Assembly (NCBI GenBank): GCA_041660605.1
Contig: JBAZWB010000001.1
Span: forward strand, 265,295-329,294
Source of the DNA: Patescibacteria group bacterium
Lineage (GTDB): Bacteria; Patescibacteriota; Patescibacteriia; UBA10025; JAHIVO01
Reading direction: 5' to 3'
DNA length: 64,000 nt
The translations under genes and the position numbers were made by a program. The first letter of the stretch is position 1; each line of letters begins with the position of its first letter. This document shows, one piece after another, positions 18,467 to 26,992 of this stretch. The notes beneath the pieces were generated by a model, which saw only the letters and a program-made list of their open reading frames with translations, ran no database searches and was not told where the DNA came from.

Positions 18467-18742
18467 ATGGCTAAAGTTAGGGAGCTTTACCAGGCAGTGG
18501 ACAAGGTATATCGCGGAAAACCTGAAAATGGAGCAGGTCCTGATGTTGCCCGGCGGATATTTAACGCTGTGGCAGTGCCAGCAAATATCCAGTTGGCAGT
18601 GAAGAATGTCTGCGCAGAAGCAAATTCATTCACCATTGATACAGCCTACGCGCTGTATAATTTCATTAAGATTATGTCCAACAACAAGATGGACACGAAT
18701 CCGGTACTGGACATAGTAATTCCGGACTCACTTCTGAAGTAA
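18467..18742 (+). CDS. Hypothetical protein (start at ATG 18467, or TTG 18410)
   Basis: AGGAGG SD before ATG GCT; no family recognised. Confidence 0.55.
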   Translation: MAKVRELYQAVDKVYRGKPENGAGPDVARRIFNAVAVPANIQLAVKNVCAEANSFTIDTAYALYNFIKIMSNNKMDTNPVLDIVIPDSLLK

Positions 18743-18753
18743 ATCAGACACAT

Positions 18754-18996
18754 TTGAAATTCCAAAACACATCTACCCAGTTCAAGGAGGAGCAGTTGAT
18801 AGAAATTACAGGCGAAGTTGATCTGAGTACGACTGAGGGATTGCCAAACCTTTTTAGTAAGTTGACAAACCTAAAGGAAGAACCTGAGGCCGCGATTGCG
18901 CTCCAGGAAATATCAAGGATTCCCTTGCCATCAATGGTGGCCGATCAGATTAAGCTGATTCTTCAGCGTCATGACATCCAGTTCATTCATGCCTAG
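18754..18996 (+). CDS. Hypothetical protein
   Basis: 80-aa ORF directly downstream, followed by a terminator. Confidence 0.4.
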   Translation: MKFQNTSTQFKEEQLIEITGEVDLSTTEGLPNLFSKLTNLKEEPEAAIALQEISRIPLPSMVADQIKLILQRHDIQFIHA

Positions 18997-19015
18997 CCGT
19001 TTGGCGGCTAACAAC

Positions 19016-19060
19016 ACAAAAGGGCCTCACTTGCGCGAGCGAGAGGGGCCTAATTTTTTT
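19016..19060. terminator. Probable bidirectional terminator
   Basis: GGCCTC..GGGGCC stem flanked by A- and T-runs between convergent genes. Confidence 0.55.
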
Positions 19061-20099
19061 GTTTCATTGCCAGCCCGGCGGCCACGGCCATTTGCGCGCC
19101 AAGTTCCGTCAATTCTTCTTTCAGCTCTGTGGGGTAGGAAATTTTTTTCCAGGGATCAGCCACCTCAGTTTCTATTTTCAGCGTTTCACTGATATAAGCG
19201 GTGAAATTTTTTAATTTGTTGGCTCCGCCCAGTATGATGATTTTTTTCACCGTATCCTGATAATCATGATGATAGCTGGTTATAATCCTCCTTATTTCCC
19301 TGATGACCATATTGTCTATGACGAAGGCCATGGCTTTAGCCACCGGATGGAGGAATTGCGCGCCGGTCGGTAGTCCAATGTCGTCGCGGAATTGCTTGGC
19401 GCGCTCTTCGCTGACATTCAGGGCATTGGCGATATTCAGGGCGATGGTCTCGCCTCCAACATCAATGTTTCTGGTTATGACCGGGATTGTTTTGGAAAAA
19501 AGGGCCATATTAGTATTGGTCGCGCCGATGTCCATCAATAGAATTGGCTCGTCATCGGTGATCAGCGAACGGCGCATGGCCGTAATTTCTGTTTCGGCGC
19601 CGATCAGGGTTAAATCGCACATTTTGAATATCTGCAAATAATTCTCTACCACGTCTTTTGGGGCAGCAGTCAGAATGATATTCAGCTTGTCGGCGGGCTC
19701 GGAGGCATTACGCGCAGGGATTATTTGCCAGCTCAGAGTCACCCTGTCTATCGGCAGCGGCACCATTTTTTTAGCTTCCCAGCGTATGGCTGAGGTTATT
19801 TCCTTGTCCGGCATTTTTGGCAGGGTGATGACGGCATTAAAAACGTTGAGTGCGGAAATCGCCACTACCGATCTGGTAGCGGTGGCTCTGGCTTTTAGCG
19901 TGAGTTCCTTCAGGAGGCCGGCTATCTTTTGCTGGTTTTGGGCCGTATCAAATCGTGTTATTGCCTGGTCCCTTTCAGCGATACCATAGGTCACCAGGCG
20001 GAAACTCTGTTTGTATCTTTCTAGCTCAACGATTTTAATGGCGGACGAGCCAAGATCGACTCCCAGGATTTTTGATTTTTTTTCACCGAAGATTGGCAT
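19050..20099 (-). CDS. pilM: Type IV pilus assembly protein PilM
   Basis: GVDLGSSAIKIVEL, MDIGATNT, actin-like fold, NPW-like DPW near the C-terminus. Confidence 0.92.
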   Translation of the reverse strand: MPIFGEKKSKILGVDLGSSAIKIVELERYKQSFRLVTYGIAERDQAITRFDTAQNQQKIAGLLKELTLKARATATRSVVAISALNVFNAVITLPKMPDKEITSAIRWEAKKMVPLPIDRVTLSWQIIPARNASEPADKLNIILTAAPKDVVENYLQIFKMCDLTLIGAETEITAMRRSLITDDEPILLMDIGATNTNMALFSKTIPVITRNIDVGGETIALNIANALNVSEERAKQFRDDIGLPTGAQFLHPVAKAMAFVIDNMVIREIRRIITSYHHDYQDTVKKIIILGGANKLKNFTAYISETLKIETEVADPWKKISYPTELKEELTELGAQMAVAAGLAMKQKN

Positions 20100-20120
20100 G
20101 AGTTTAAATAAAAATATAAT

Positions 20121-21197
20121 TTACGCCCTGAGCATATAGCTCAGCTGCTGCGGATCGATCGCATATTCCAGAGCATCGTCAATCTGGACCTGGTTTGATT
20201 TCACCAATTCCGCCAGTGACCAGTCCAGAGAAACCATCCCTTCTTCACGCGAGGTTTGGATAATGTTATTTAGCTGATAAAGGGACCCTTCTTTTATCAA
20301 TGACCGGATGGGCGGAGTTGATGTCATTATTTCTGCCACCGCCACCTGGCCGCCGCCGGTGCGGGGTACGAGTTTCTGGCAGATGATGCCTTCCAGATTG
20401 GTTGAAAGCTGGTCCTTGATTTGCTGCTGTTCGTTTGAGGGAAAGCTGTCAATGATGGTTTTCAAAGTTTTGACCACCGTATCGGCTTCGATATCGGCAA
20501 TAACCAGCCGTCCGGAAGAGGAAATTTTTAAAACCTGCTCGATCACTTTTGACGAGGGGAGGTCGGAAACATAGACAATGTTAACGTCCTCCTGGGTAAG
20601 GTTGCTCAGAGCCTGTTCAAATGAAACCGCGTCGCGCCCTACTTCCCTTTGTTCAATAAAGCTTTTTTGGCCGGTGAAGATATGCTCAATCGGCTTTTCT
20701 ATCGATAAGATATAGGTGGAGGCATTTTTATTGATGTAGTCGATAATAGAAGATGAAGTGGTTGATTTTCCGGAACCAAACGCGCCGCTCACCAGCAGCA
20801 GGCCTTTATTTAGGCTGGCCAGTTTTATCAGCGGCTGGAGGGGCAACCCCAATTGATTCAGGGGGACTATCTGGTTGCTGATCAGCCGGAGATAGGCAGC
20901 CAGCGCGCCTTTTTGGAAAAATAAATTAATTCTAAATCTTTCCTGCTTGCCAAATTGATAGGTCAGCACTATTTCTCTGTTTTCCTGCAGGGTGTTTTTC
21001 TGGTCATTATCAAGCAGGGAGTCGATGAAGGTCTCCATAAAATCCTTGCTGATAATATTTTCGTTTTCCAGGGGGATCAGCTTGTTATCTATGCGGATGA
21101 TCGGCGGGCTGCCGACAGAGAGATGCAGGTCAGAGGCTTTTTGCCCGGCCACGGTATTGAGTATATTGTCTATCGCTAATTTATTTTGGGTATCCAT
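20121..21197 (-). CDS. pilT: PilT/PilU-family ATPase with degenerate catalytic motifs
   Basis: ASDLHL, RFRINLF, GAFGSGKST, QREVGRD, GM..LD; Walker B and His box altered. Confidence 0.85.
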   Translation of the reverse strand: MDTQNKLAIDNILNTVAGQKASDLHLSVGSPPIIRIDNKLIPLENENIISKDFMETFIDSLLDNDQKNTLQENREIVLTYQFGKQERFRINLFFQKGALAAYLRLISNQIVPLNQLGLPLQPLIKLASLNKGLLLVSGAFGSGKSTTSSSIIDYINKNASTYILSIEKPIEHIFTGQKSFIEQREVGRDAVSFEQALSNLTQEDVNIVYVSDLPSSKVIEQVLKISSSGRLVIADIEADTVVKTLKTIIDSFPSNEQQQIKDQLSTNLEGIICQKLVPRTGGGQVAVAEIMTSTPPIRSLIKEGSLYQLNNIIQTSREEGMVSLDWSLAELVKSNQVQIDDALEYAIDPQQLSYMLRA

Positions 21198-21242
21198 TAA
21201 AATAATTAATAATTGATAATGTATAATTTATATAAAGTTTCT

Positions 21243-21812
21243 TCAAGAACAGTTTTTTTGGTTGAATTCTTGTGCGGCTATGGCTGGACTTTTTTCCAGG
21301 CAGACGACCAATGCGTCAACCGCGCGCTTAATCAAATCCGGCAGTTTTGCCTTTTCCGATTTAGTGAATTGGGAAATAACGTATTCGTCAGTCGGCCGCT
21401 GGTGGCGATCCTCCCCAGCGATGCCTACGCGGAGGTGCCAGAATTCATCGGTGTTCAGATACTCTATGGTTGAAATGGCGCCTTTATGTCCGGCAGAACC
21501 GCGGGCGAACTGAATTTTTATCTGGCCAAAGGGCAAATCCACGTCATCGCGTACCAGATAGATATTCTTAGGCAATATTTTATAATAATCCACAGCTTTT
21601 CTTATCGGTTCTCCCGAAAGGTTCATGAATTTACCCGGCTTGAATAAAACCACTTCCTGTGTTTTTGCCAGCTGACCAGCGATTTTTTTATTTTCAGTAA
21701 AGGCCGCTTCCGGAAATTTTTTTATCAGTTCGTCGAGCACCAAGAATCCGATGTTATGTCTGGTGTTTTCGTATTGTTTTCCGGGATTGCCCAGGCCGGC
21801 GATGAACTTCAT
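21243..21812 (-). CDS. pth: Peptidyl-tRNA hydrolase
   Basis: GLGNPGKQYENTRHNIGF, FMNLSG, GSAGHKG. Confidence 0.96.
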   Translation of the reverse strand: MKFIAGLGNPGKQYENTRHNIGFLVLDELIKKFPEAAFTENKKIAGQLAKTQEVVLFKPGKFMNLSGEPIRKAVDYYKILPKNIYLVRDDVDLPFGQIKIQFARGSAGHKGAISTIEYLNTDEFWHLRVGIAGEDRHQRPTDEYVISQFTKSEKAKLPDLIKRAVDALVVCLEKSPAIAAQEFNQKNCS

Positions 21813-23137
21813 AGTTTATTGGATTCATTGATTGATATTAATACCGGCGTGCCCGTAAAGCCGAATTTTATCCGCAATTTTTTTTCCAGCAGATTCACAT
21901 AAGCCTGGTGCATGAGATCCGGCCGGTTCACATATAGGGAAAAAGCCGGAGGGTTTGTGCCTGTTTGCTTCAGGCCTTTCACGGTGACTGGCTTTTTGCC
22001 CTTGCTGGGTTTGCTTTTTTTCGGCTTAATTTCATTCAACAGAATCTCCAGGTCTTTTTCAGGTACAATTTTATTCCTTTCCTGGTGGATGCTGATCGCC
22101 AATCTCAGGAGTTTTGCCATCCTCTGCTTCTCCAGGGCGGAAATGAAAATGATCGGTGCCCACCATAAATTCCGGAATAAATGCTGGTAATATTCGACGT
22201 ACTTCTGCATGGTCAGTGGGTCTTTATCAGGCACTAAGTCCCACTTATTGGCCACTAATATTATACCATTATGGTTCTCCTGGGAAAAATTGGCAATAGC
22301 CTGGTCCTGGTTGGAAATTTTTTGCGTCACATCAACGACAAAAAATGAAATTTCCGATTTTTTTATTGTTTGCAGGGTTTTTTGGGCGCTGAATTTTTCC
22401 AGGCGGTTGGAGATGCGGCTCCTTTTCCGCAAGCCGGCAGTGTCAATCAGCGTGATGTTCTTGCCCTGAAAATTGATCTCGATATTCTGCGGCTCCCGGG
22501 TAGTATGGGGCAGGGGCGTGACGATGACCCGATCTTCGCCGAGAATGGCGTTTAATAATGATGACTTGCCGACGTTTGTTTTGCCGATGATAGAAATTTT
22601 TATATCCGCCGGCGGCGTAATAGTATTTTTAGTCGGCAGCAGGCTGTTAATCTTATCCAGCAAGTCTCCGGTGCCGATGCCGTTGAGGGCGGATATTATT
22701 TCCACATTCTTCACTCCCAGCCTGTACATGTCCGGGGAAATGTTTCTCCTGATTTTATCTCCGTCAATTTTATTGATAACCAGAATGATTTTCTTTTTAA
22801 GCTTCTTCAAATGCTTAATGATTTTTTTGTCTTCAGCGATTGTTTCCGCCCGCCCGTCGATAATCAGCAAAATCAGGTCGGCAAAGGCAATGGCTTCGTA
22901 AGCTTTCGCCTGGACGTATTTTTCTATTTCACCCAAACGGCCGGCGTCAAGGCCACCGGTGTCGATGACAAAGAATTGTTTTTGCCGCCAGAAAATCTTG
23001 GCCACGCTAAAATCCCGGGTAGTGCCGGGTATGTCAGAGACCAGGGATTTACCGGAGGCGGAAAAGGTATTAAAAAGCGTGGATTTGCCGGCATTGGTTC
23101 GCCCGACCAGGACCACGCGCGGGAGCTCTTTGTACAT
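21809..23137 (-). CDS. der: Ribosome biogenesis GTPase Der/EngA
   Basis: Two G domains (GRTNAGKS, GKTNVGKS, DTGG/DTAG, NKxD), KH-like tail. Confidence 0.96.
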   Translation of the reverse strand: MYKELPRVVLVGRTNAGKSTLFNTFSASGKSLVSDIPGTTRDFSVAKIFWRQKQFFVIDTGGLDAGRLGEIEKYVQAKAYEAIAFADLILLIIDGRAETIAEDKKIIKHLKKLKKKIILVINKIDGDKIRRNISPDMYRLGVKNVEIISALNGIGTGDLLDKINSLLPTKNTITPPADIKISIIGKTNVGKSSLLNAILGEDRVIVTPLPHTTREPQNIEINFQGKNITLIDTAGLRKRSRISNRLEKFSAQKTLQTIKKSEISFFVVDVTQKISNQDQAIANFSQENHNGIILVANKWDLVPDKDPLTMQKYVEYYQHLFRNLWWAPIIFISALEKQRMAKLLRLAISIHQERNKIVPEKDLEILLNEIKPKKSKPSKGKKPVTVKGLKQTGTNPPAFSLYVNRPDLMHQAYVNLLEKKLRIKFGFTGTPVLISINESNKL

Positions 23138-23149
23138 AGGTAATTTTTT

Positions 23150-24634
23150 TTAATGTCGACTAAGTTGACCGTTGGTGACTTGGTCAGTACCTATGATGAT
23201 AAGGATGTCGATGTCTTCGCCATTCGCCTGTGCGTTACCGTTGGCCGCATTCAGAGAGTCATAGGTCAGGTCGCTGTTAGTCATGAAGCCCGGCAAGGAG
23301 CTGGAAATCTTGGCATTGAGGGTTTTTTTCAAACCCAGGAGTGTATTAGTTTTTGTCCCACCGGAGAGATCATAAATCGTGGTGGTTTCCTGCTGAGTCG
23401 CCAAAGAAGAATTACCGATTTTAACTATATTATAATCCAATCCTTTGAGTTTATCGCCGGTTTTTGTGGCCAAGCCGGCTTCTTTGGTGCCATTCTGTAT
23501 TTCAATCCTGGCATTTTCTTTTTGTATCAGATTAACGTCAAATATATTCTTTGCCAGACTCTGAATTTCCGCATAGTCGCCACTTTTTGGCGTGAGTATA
23601 TAGGCGCCATCCTGGGTAGTGGAGGAGATTAATAGTCCTTCAGCCCCGGTTTCCAGATTTTTGGAAATTATTTTATTAGAATCTGTGTTTTGCACAATCT
23701 TGCCCAGTTTTACTATTTCCCAGATTTCCATGTTAATAGTGTTGTGGTCCCCGATGTCATTCAATATTGAGACGATTTTGTTGGGATTCAGAAAAGTATT
23801 CAATGAGAAAAATTTGTTTTTAATGGCCAGCAACACTTTTTGCTGCCTGGCCGAACGCGCGAAATCAGAGCCTTCGCCGTTATTCCCGTGCCGGGAACGC
23901 ACAAACTGCAAAGCTCTTTCGCCATTCATATGCTCCGTGCCTTTTTTAAATGATATAAATTGGTAGCCGTAATTGTAGTCAGGGTATTCAGTGTCAGAGA
24001 AGCTATTGTCGATAGTGACATCGACTCCCTCCAGATCATCCACGATTTTTTTAAATCCTACAAAATCTACCCGGGCATAGTAGGGGATTTCCAGCCCAGT
24101 GACTTTTTCTACGATATCGCGCAGCATGGCTTCTCCGCCACCCGCGTAGTCGGATTCGTTGCCAAAGGCCAGGGCGTTATTTATTTTTCTCCAGCCATAT
24201 CCGGGAATTTCCACATATAAGTCCCGGGGGATGGAAAGCGTGGCTACTTCTCCGGTTGATGGCTTGATGCTAGCCAGGATAATAGTGTCAGCCAGATATG
24301 AGCCCGGGTGTCCCGGTCCACCGTTGCCGATCAGCAATATATTGATACGATCATCCGTATTGCCTTTGAATTGCGTATCAGGATTAGAGACCAGGTGTTT
24401 GATTTGGTCAAATAAACTGACTTTTTCTCCGGATTCGGCGTTTGTACTATTGACAGCCAGCACTACTTTGGTCAGAAAACCCAGTCCGATCAGGATGATG
24501 ACAACGAATAGTATCAAAACCGGCCGCCAAAGAACCGGCGCTTTTTTCTTCGCCGGCAGGCTGCGATAGACATCGCCTGGTTTTGGTGCGGCTGGATTCT
24601 GATTTTTTTCTGTTTGGTTGATTATTTCGGGCAT
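23150..24634 (-). CDS. LCP (LytR-CpsA-Psr) family protein with LytR_C domain
   Basis: NILLIG, ADTIIL, SIPRDLYV, GSDFARSARQQ, EIQNGT..GLA. Confidence 0.93.
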   Translation of the reverse strand: MPEIINQTEKNQNPAAPKPGDVYRSLPAKKKAPVLWRPVLILFVVIILIGLGFLTKVVLAVNSTNAESGEKVSLFDQIKHLVSNPDTQFKGNTDDRINILLIGNGGPGHPGSYLADTIILASIKPSTGEVATLSIPRDLYVEIPGYGWRKINNALAFGNESDYAGGGEAMLRDIVEKVTGLEIPYYARVDFVGFKKIVDDLEGVDVTIDNSFSDTEYPDYNYGYQFISFKKGTEHMNGERALQFVRSRHGNNGEGSDFARSARQQKVLLAIKNKFFSLNTFLNPNKIVSILNDIGDHNTINMEIWEIVKLGKIVQNTDSNKIISKNLETGAEGLLISSTTQDGAYILTPKSGDYAEIQSLAKNIFDVNLIQKENARIEIQNGTKEAGLATKTGDKLKGLDYNIVKIGNSSLATQQETTTIYDLSGGTKTNTLLGLKKTLNAKISSSLPGFMTNSDLTYDSLNAANGNAQANGEDIDILIIIGTDQVTNGQLSRH

Positions 24635-24741
24635 AAGATGGTTATATTATAATAAAAAAAACTCAAAGGGTCAAAGAGCTCGAAAACCCAGGGAACGCTG
24701 GTCTGGCATTGATTTACAGCGGAGTTAATTTATGATACGAT

Positions 24742-25458
24742 TTGTGCATTATGCGCTCTATAATTATACTTCCTACATATAATGAAAAGGAAAATATTAA
24801 GGCGATAGTCCGTGAAATATTTTCTCTGAACATTCCTGATTTGGGAATAATTATTGTTGACGATAATTCTCCGGACGGTACAGGTAGGATTGCTGATGAA
24901 CTGGCAGCCGGCGATCGGCGCATTCGGGTTCTGCACCGGCAGCAGAAGGAGGGATTAGGCCGTGCTTACGTAGCCGGCTTTAAAAAAGCTCTGGAAGATC
25001 CGGAGGCGGAAAATATTTTTGAAATGGACGCGGATTTTTCCCACCAGCCTAAATATTTGCCGGATTTTTTGGGAGCCATTAACTCTGCGGATATTGTTTT
25101 GGGTTCGCGATACATCAAAGGCGGGGGAGTGCAAAATTGGAATTTTTTCCGGCGCTTCATCAGTACTTCGGCCAATTTTGTCATCAGATTTATTTTAGGA
25201 GTCAAAATCAGAGATCTGACCGGCGGTTTTAAATGTTTCAGCCGGCGAGCCCTGCTCAGCCTTGATTTTGATAAGGTTGAATCCAGCGGATATAATTTTC
25301 AGATTGAAGTTAATTATAAGGCTTATAAAGAAGGATTGAAGATAAAAGAGATTCCCATAATTTTTGTGGAGCGCCAAGCAGGAAATTCTAAGTTCAGTAC
25401 AGCCATAATGCTGGAAAGTTTTTGGAAGGTTTTACAGCTAAAATTCAGAAAAATCTAG
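24742..25458 (+). CDS. Polyprenol-monophosphomannose synthase-like GT2
   Basis: PTYNEKEN, VDDNSPDGTG, MDADFSH, GSRY, DLTGGFK. Confidence 0.92.
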   Translation: MCIMRSIIILPTYNEKENIKAIVREIFSLNIPDLGIIIVDDNSPDGTGRIADELAAGDRRIRVLHRQQKEGLGRAYVAGFKKALEDPEAENIFEMDADFSHQPKYLPDFLGAINSADIVLGSRYIKGGGVQNWNFFRRFISTSANFVIRFILGVKIRDLTGGFKCFSRRALLSLDFDKVESSGYNFQIEVNYKAYKEGLKIKEIPIIFVERQAGNSKFSTAIMLESFWKVLQLKFRKI

Positions 25459-25677
25459 GTCGGAATACTATAATATTATTGCTGGTATATTTGATTTGAT
25501 TTTTTCTGATTTTGTGCTATAATGTGGCTAATTCGCTTATTTTTTTTACTTTTTTTGCAAATTTTGCACTTACTAAATTTAAGCAGTCTGAGATGATTCA
25601 GGATGATAATTAATTTATTGACTATCTAGTTGTCAGAATTTGGGAAGCGCGATTTTAGCCCGCCGATTCATATTCGT

Positions 25678-25751
25678 GGGTGATTAGCTCAGCTGGTTAG
25701 AGCGCTATCCTCACACGATAGAGGTCTCAGGTTCAAATCCTGAATCACCCA
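25678..25751 (+). tRNA. tRNA-Val(CAC)
   Basis: GGGTGAT/ATCACCC acceptor, CT-CAC-AC loop, GGTTCAAATCC. Confidence 0.95.
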
Positions 25752-25846
25752 TTTATAAAAAATAGACTTTGGGGTTCGTAGCTCCCCATACCATACTCAC
25801 TTTGTTCGTAGGTACGGGGCAAGCAGTTGACTAGAGCGCCACATTG

Positions 25847-25957
25847 ATCCCTCACCTTCCTCTGCGCGTGTAGCTCAGTTGGTTAGAGCGTCACATTGAC
25901 ATTGTGAAGGTCCCAGGTTCAACTCCTGGCACGCGCATGTAGAGGAAGGTGAGGGAT
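25847..25957 (+). mobile_element. 17-bp inverted-repeat cassette carrying a tRNA
   Basis: ATCCCTCACCTTCCTCT (25847-25863) / AGAGGAAGGTGAGGGAT (25941-25957), a perfect IR. Confidence 0.6.
25864..25937 (+). tRNA. tRNA-Val(GAC), intact, nested
   Basis: GCGCGTG/CACGCGC acceptor, TT-GAC-AT loop, GGTTCAACTCC. Confidence 0.93.
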
Positions 25958-26024
25958 AAAGGTCAGAGGTTCAACTCCTCTCGGACCCACCAAGGAGCGT
26001 TGCAGATTGATAAAATTTAAAGCG

Positions 26025-26305
26025 GCTCAGTTTCCGCCAAAGGCGGATCAGCCTCTGGCTGAGGTTAGAGCGTCACATTGACACCTGCCCGCAATGCCTT
26101 GCAGCAATGCGTGGCAGGCGGGTTGTGAAGGTCCCAGGTTCAACTCCTGGCACGCGCATGTAGAGGAAGGTGAGGGATAAAGGTCAGAGGTTCCTCCGCC
26201 ACAATAAATTAAATAAATTAAAGTAGGGCGGGGTCCCCGCCCACCTGCCTTGCGGCAGCGAGGCTGGCGCGGCGCCTTTGGCGGAAACTCCTCTCGGACC
26301 CACCA
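26025..26305 (+). pseudogene. Duplicate of 25873-25992 with three palindromic loop insertions
   Basis: Removing 26033-26062, 26084-26122 and 26194-26285 restores an identical 120-nt copy. Confidence 0.9.
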
Positions 26306-26350
26306 GCAATTTAAAAGTTTTTATTATAATTAATCGATTTTTAAAATAAA

Positions 26351-26977
26351 ATGAAAATAACCTACGATTCGGAGGGAAAAGAAAAGCAAATACCAAAAAA
26401 ACAGGAAGAGATACCGTCCTTTGCGCAGTCACCTAAAGGTTTTATTTTTGAGCTTTTAAAGATTGTCCTTATCGCCCTGGCGATTATACTGCCAATACGT
26501 TATTTTTTATTTCAGCCTTTTTATGTCCGTGGCGCCTCGATGGAACCGAATTTTCAGGATAACCAGTACTTGATAATTGATGAGATCACTTATCGCTTCT
26601 CCGAGCCGAATCGCGGCGACGTGGTGGTGATAAAACCCATTATTAATGAATCAGATTTTCTGATAAAAAGAATAATCGGACTGCCAAATGAAACTGTAGA
26701 AATCAACGGCGGTAAAGTTACGATATTTAATGATAAAAATCCGCAAGGCCTGGTGCTGAAAGAAGATTATTTATCCAGCGGGCTATATACTAACGGCTCG
26801 GAAAAAATAAAATTGGGAGCAGATGAATATTTTGTGATGGGGGATAATCGGCCGGTCAGTCTGGATTCTCGGAGTTTCGGCTCACTGGACAAGAAAAATA
26901 TCGTCGGCCGGGCCTGGCTTCGCGTCTGGCCATTCAGTGAATTCCAGCATTTTGCCGCGCCTCAATACAATTTTTAA
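26351..26977 (+). CDS. lepB: Signal peptidase I
   Basis: GASMEPN, IKRIIGLP, GDNR..SLDSR. Confidence 0.96.
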   Translation: MKITYDSEGKEKQIPKKQEEIPSFAQSPKGFIFELLKIVLIALAIILPIRYFLFQPFYVRGASMEPNFQDNQYLIIDEITYRFSEPNRGDVVVIKPIINESDFLIKRIIGLPNETVEINGGKVTIFNDKNPQGLVLKEDYLSSGLYTNGSEKIKLGADEYFVMGDNRPVSLDSRSFGSLDKKNIVGRAWLRVWPFSEFQHFAAPQYNF

Positions 26978-26992
26978 GCATTTAATAAATAT

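Larger units (their letters stand above)
25772..25992 (+). pseudogene. Outer, interrupted tRNA-Val(GAC)-like gene hosting two insertions
   Basis: GGGTTCG/CGGACCC acceptor plus ACCA, GCTC/GAGC D-stem, CCACATTGA, AGAGG-TTCAACT-CCTCT; inserts at 25785-25824 and ~25847-25957. Confidence 0.85.

Noticed and set aside
26084-26122. Group I or BHB-type tRNA intron
   Set aside because: Only 39 nt, with no group I core or clear bulge-helix-bulge; the host copy lacks its 5' acceptor strand
26184-26432. 82-aa minus-strand ORF
   Set aside because: It overlaps the tRNA pseudogene and lepB antisense
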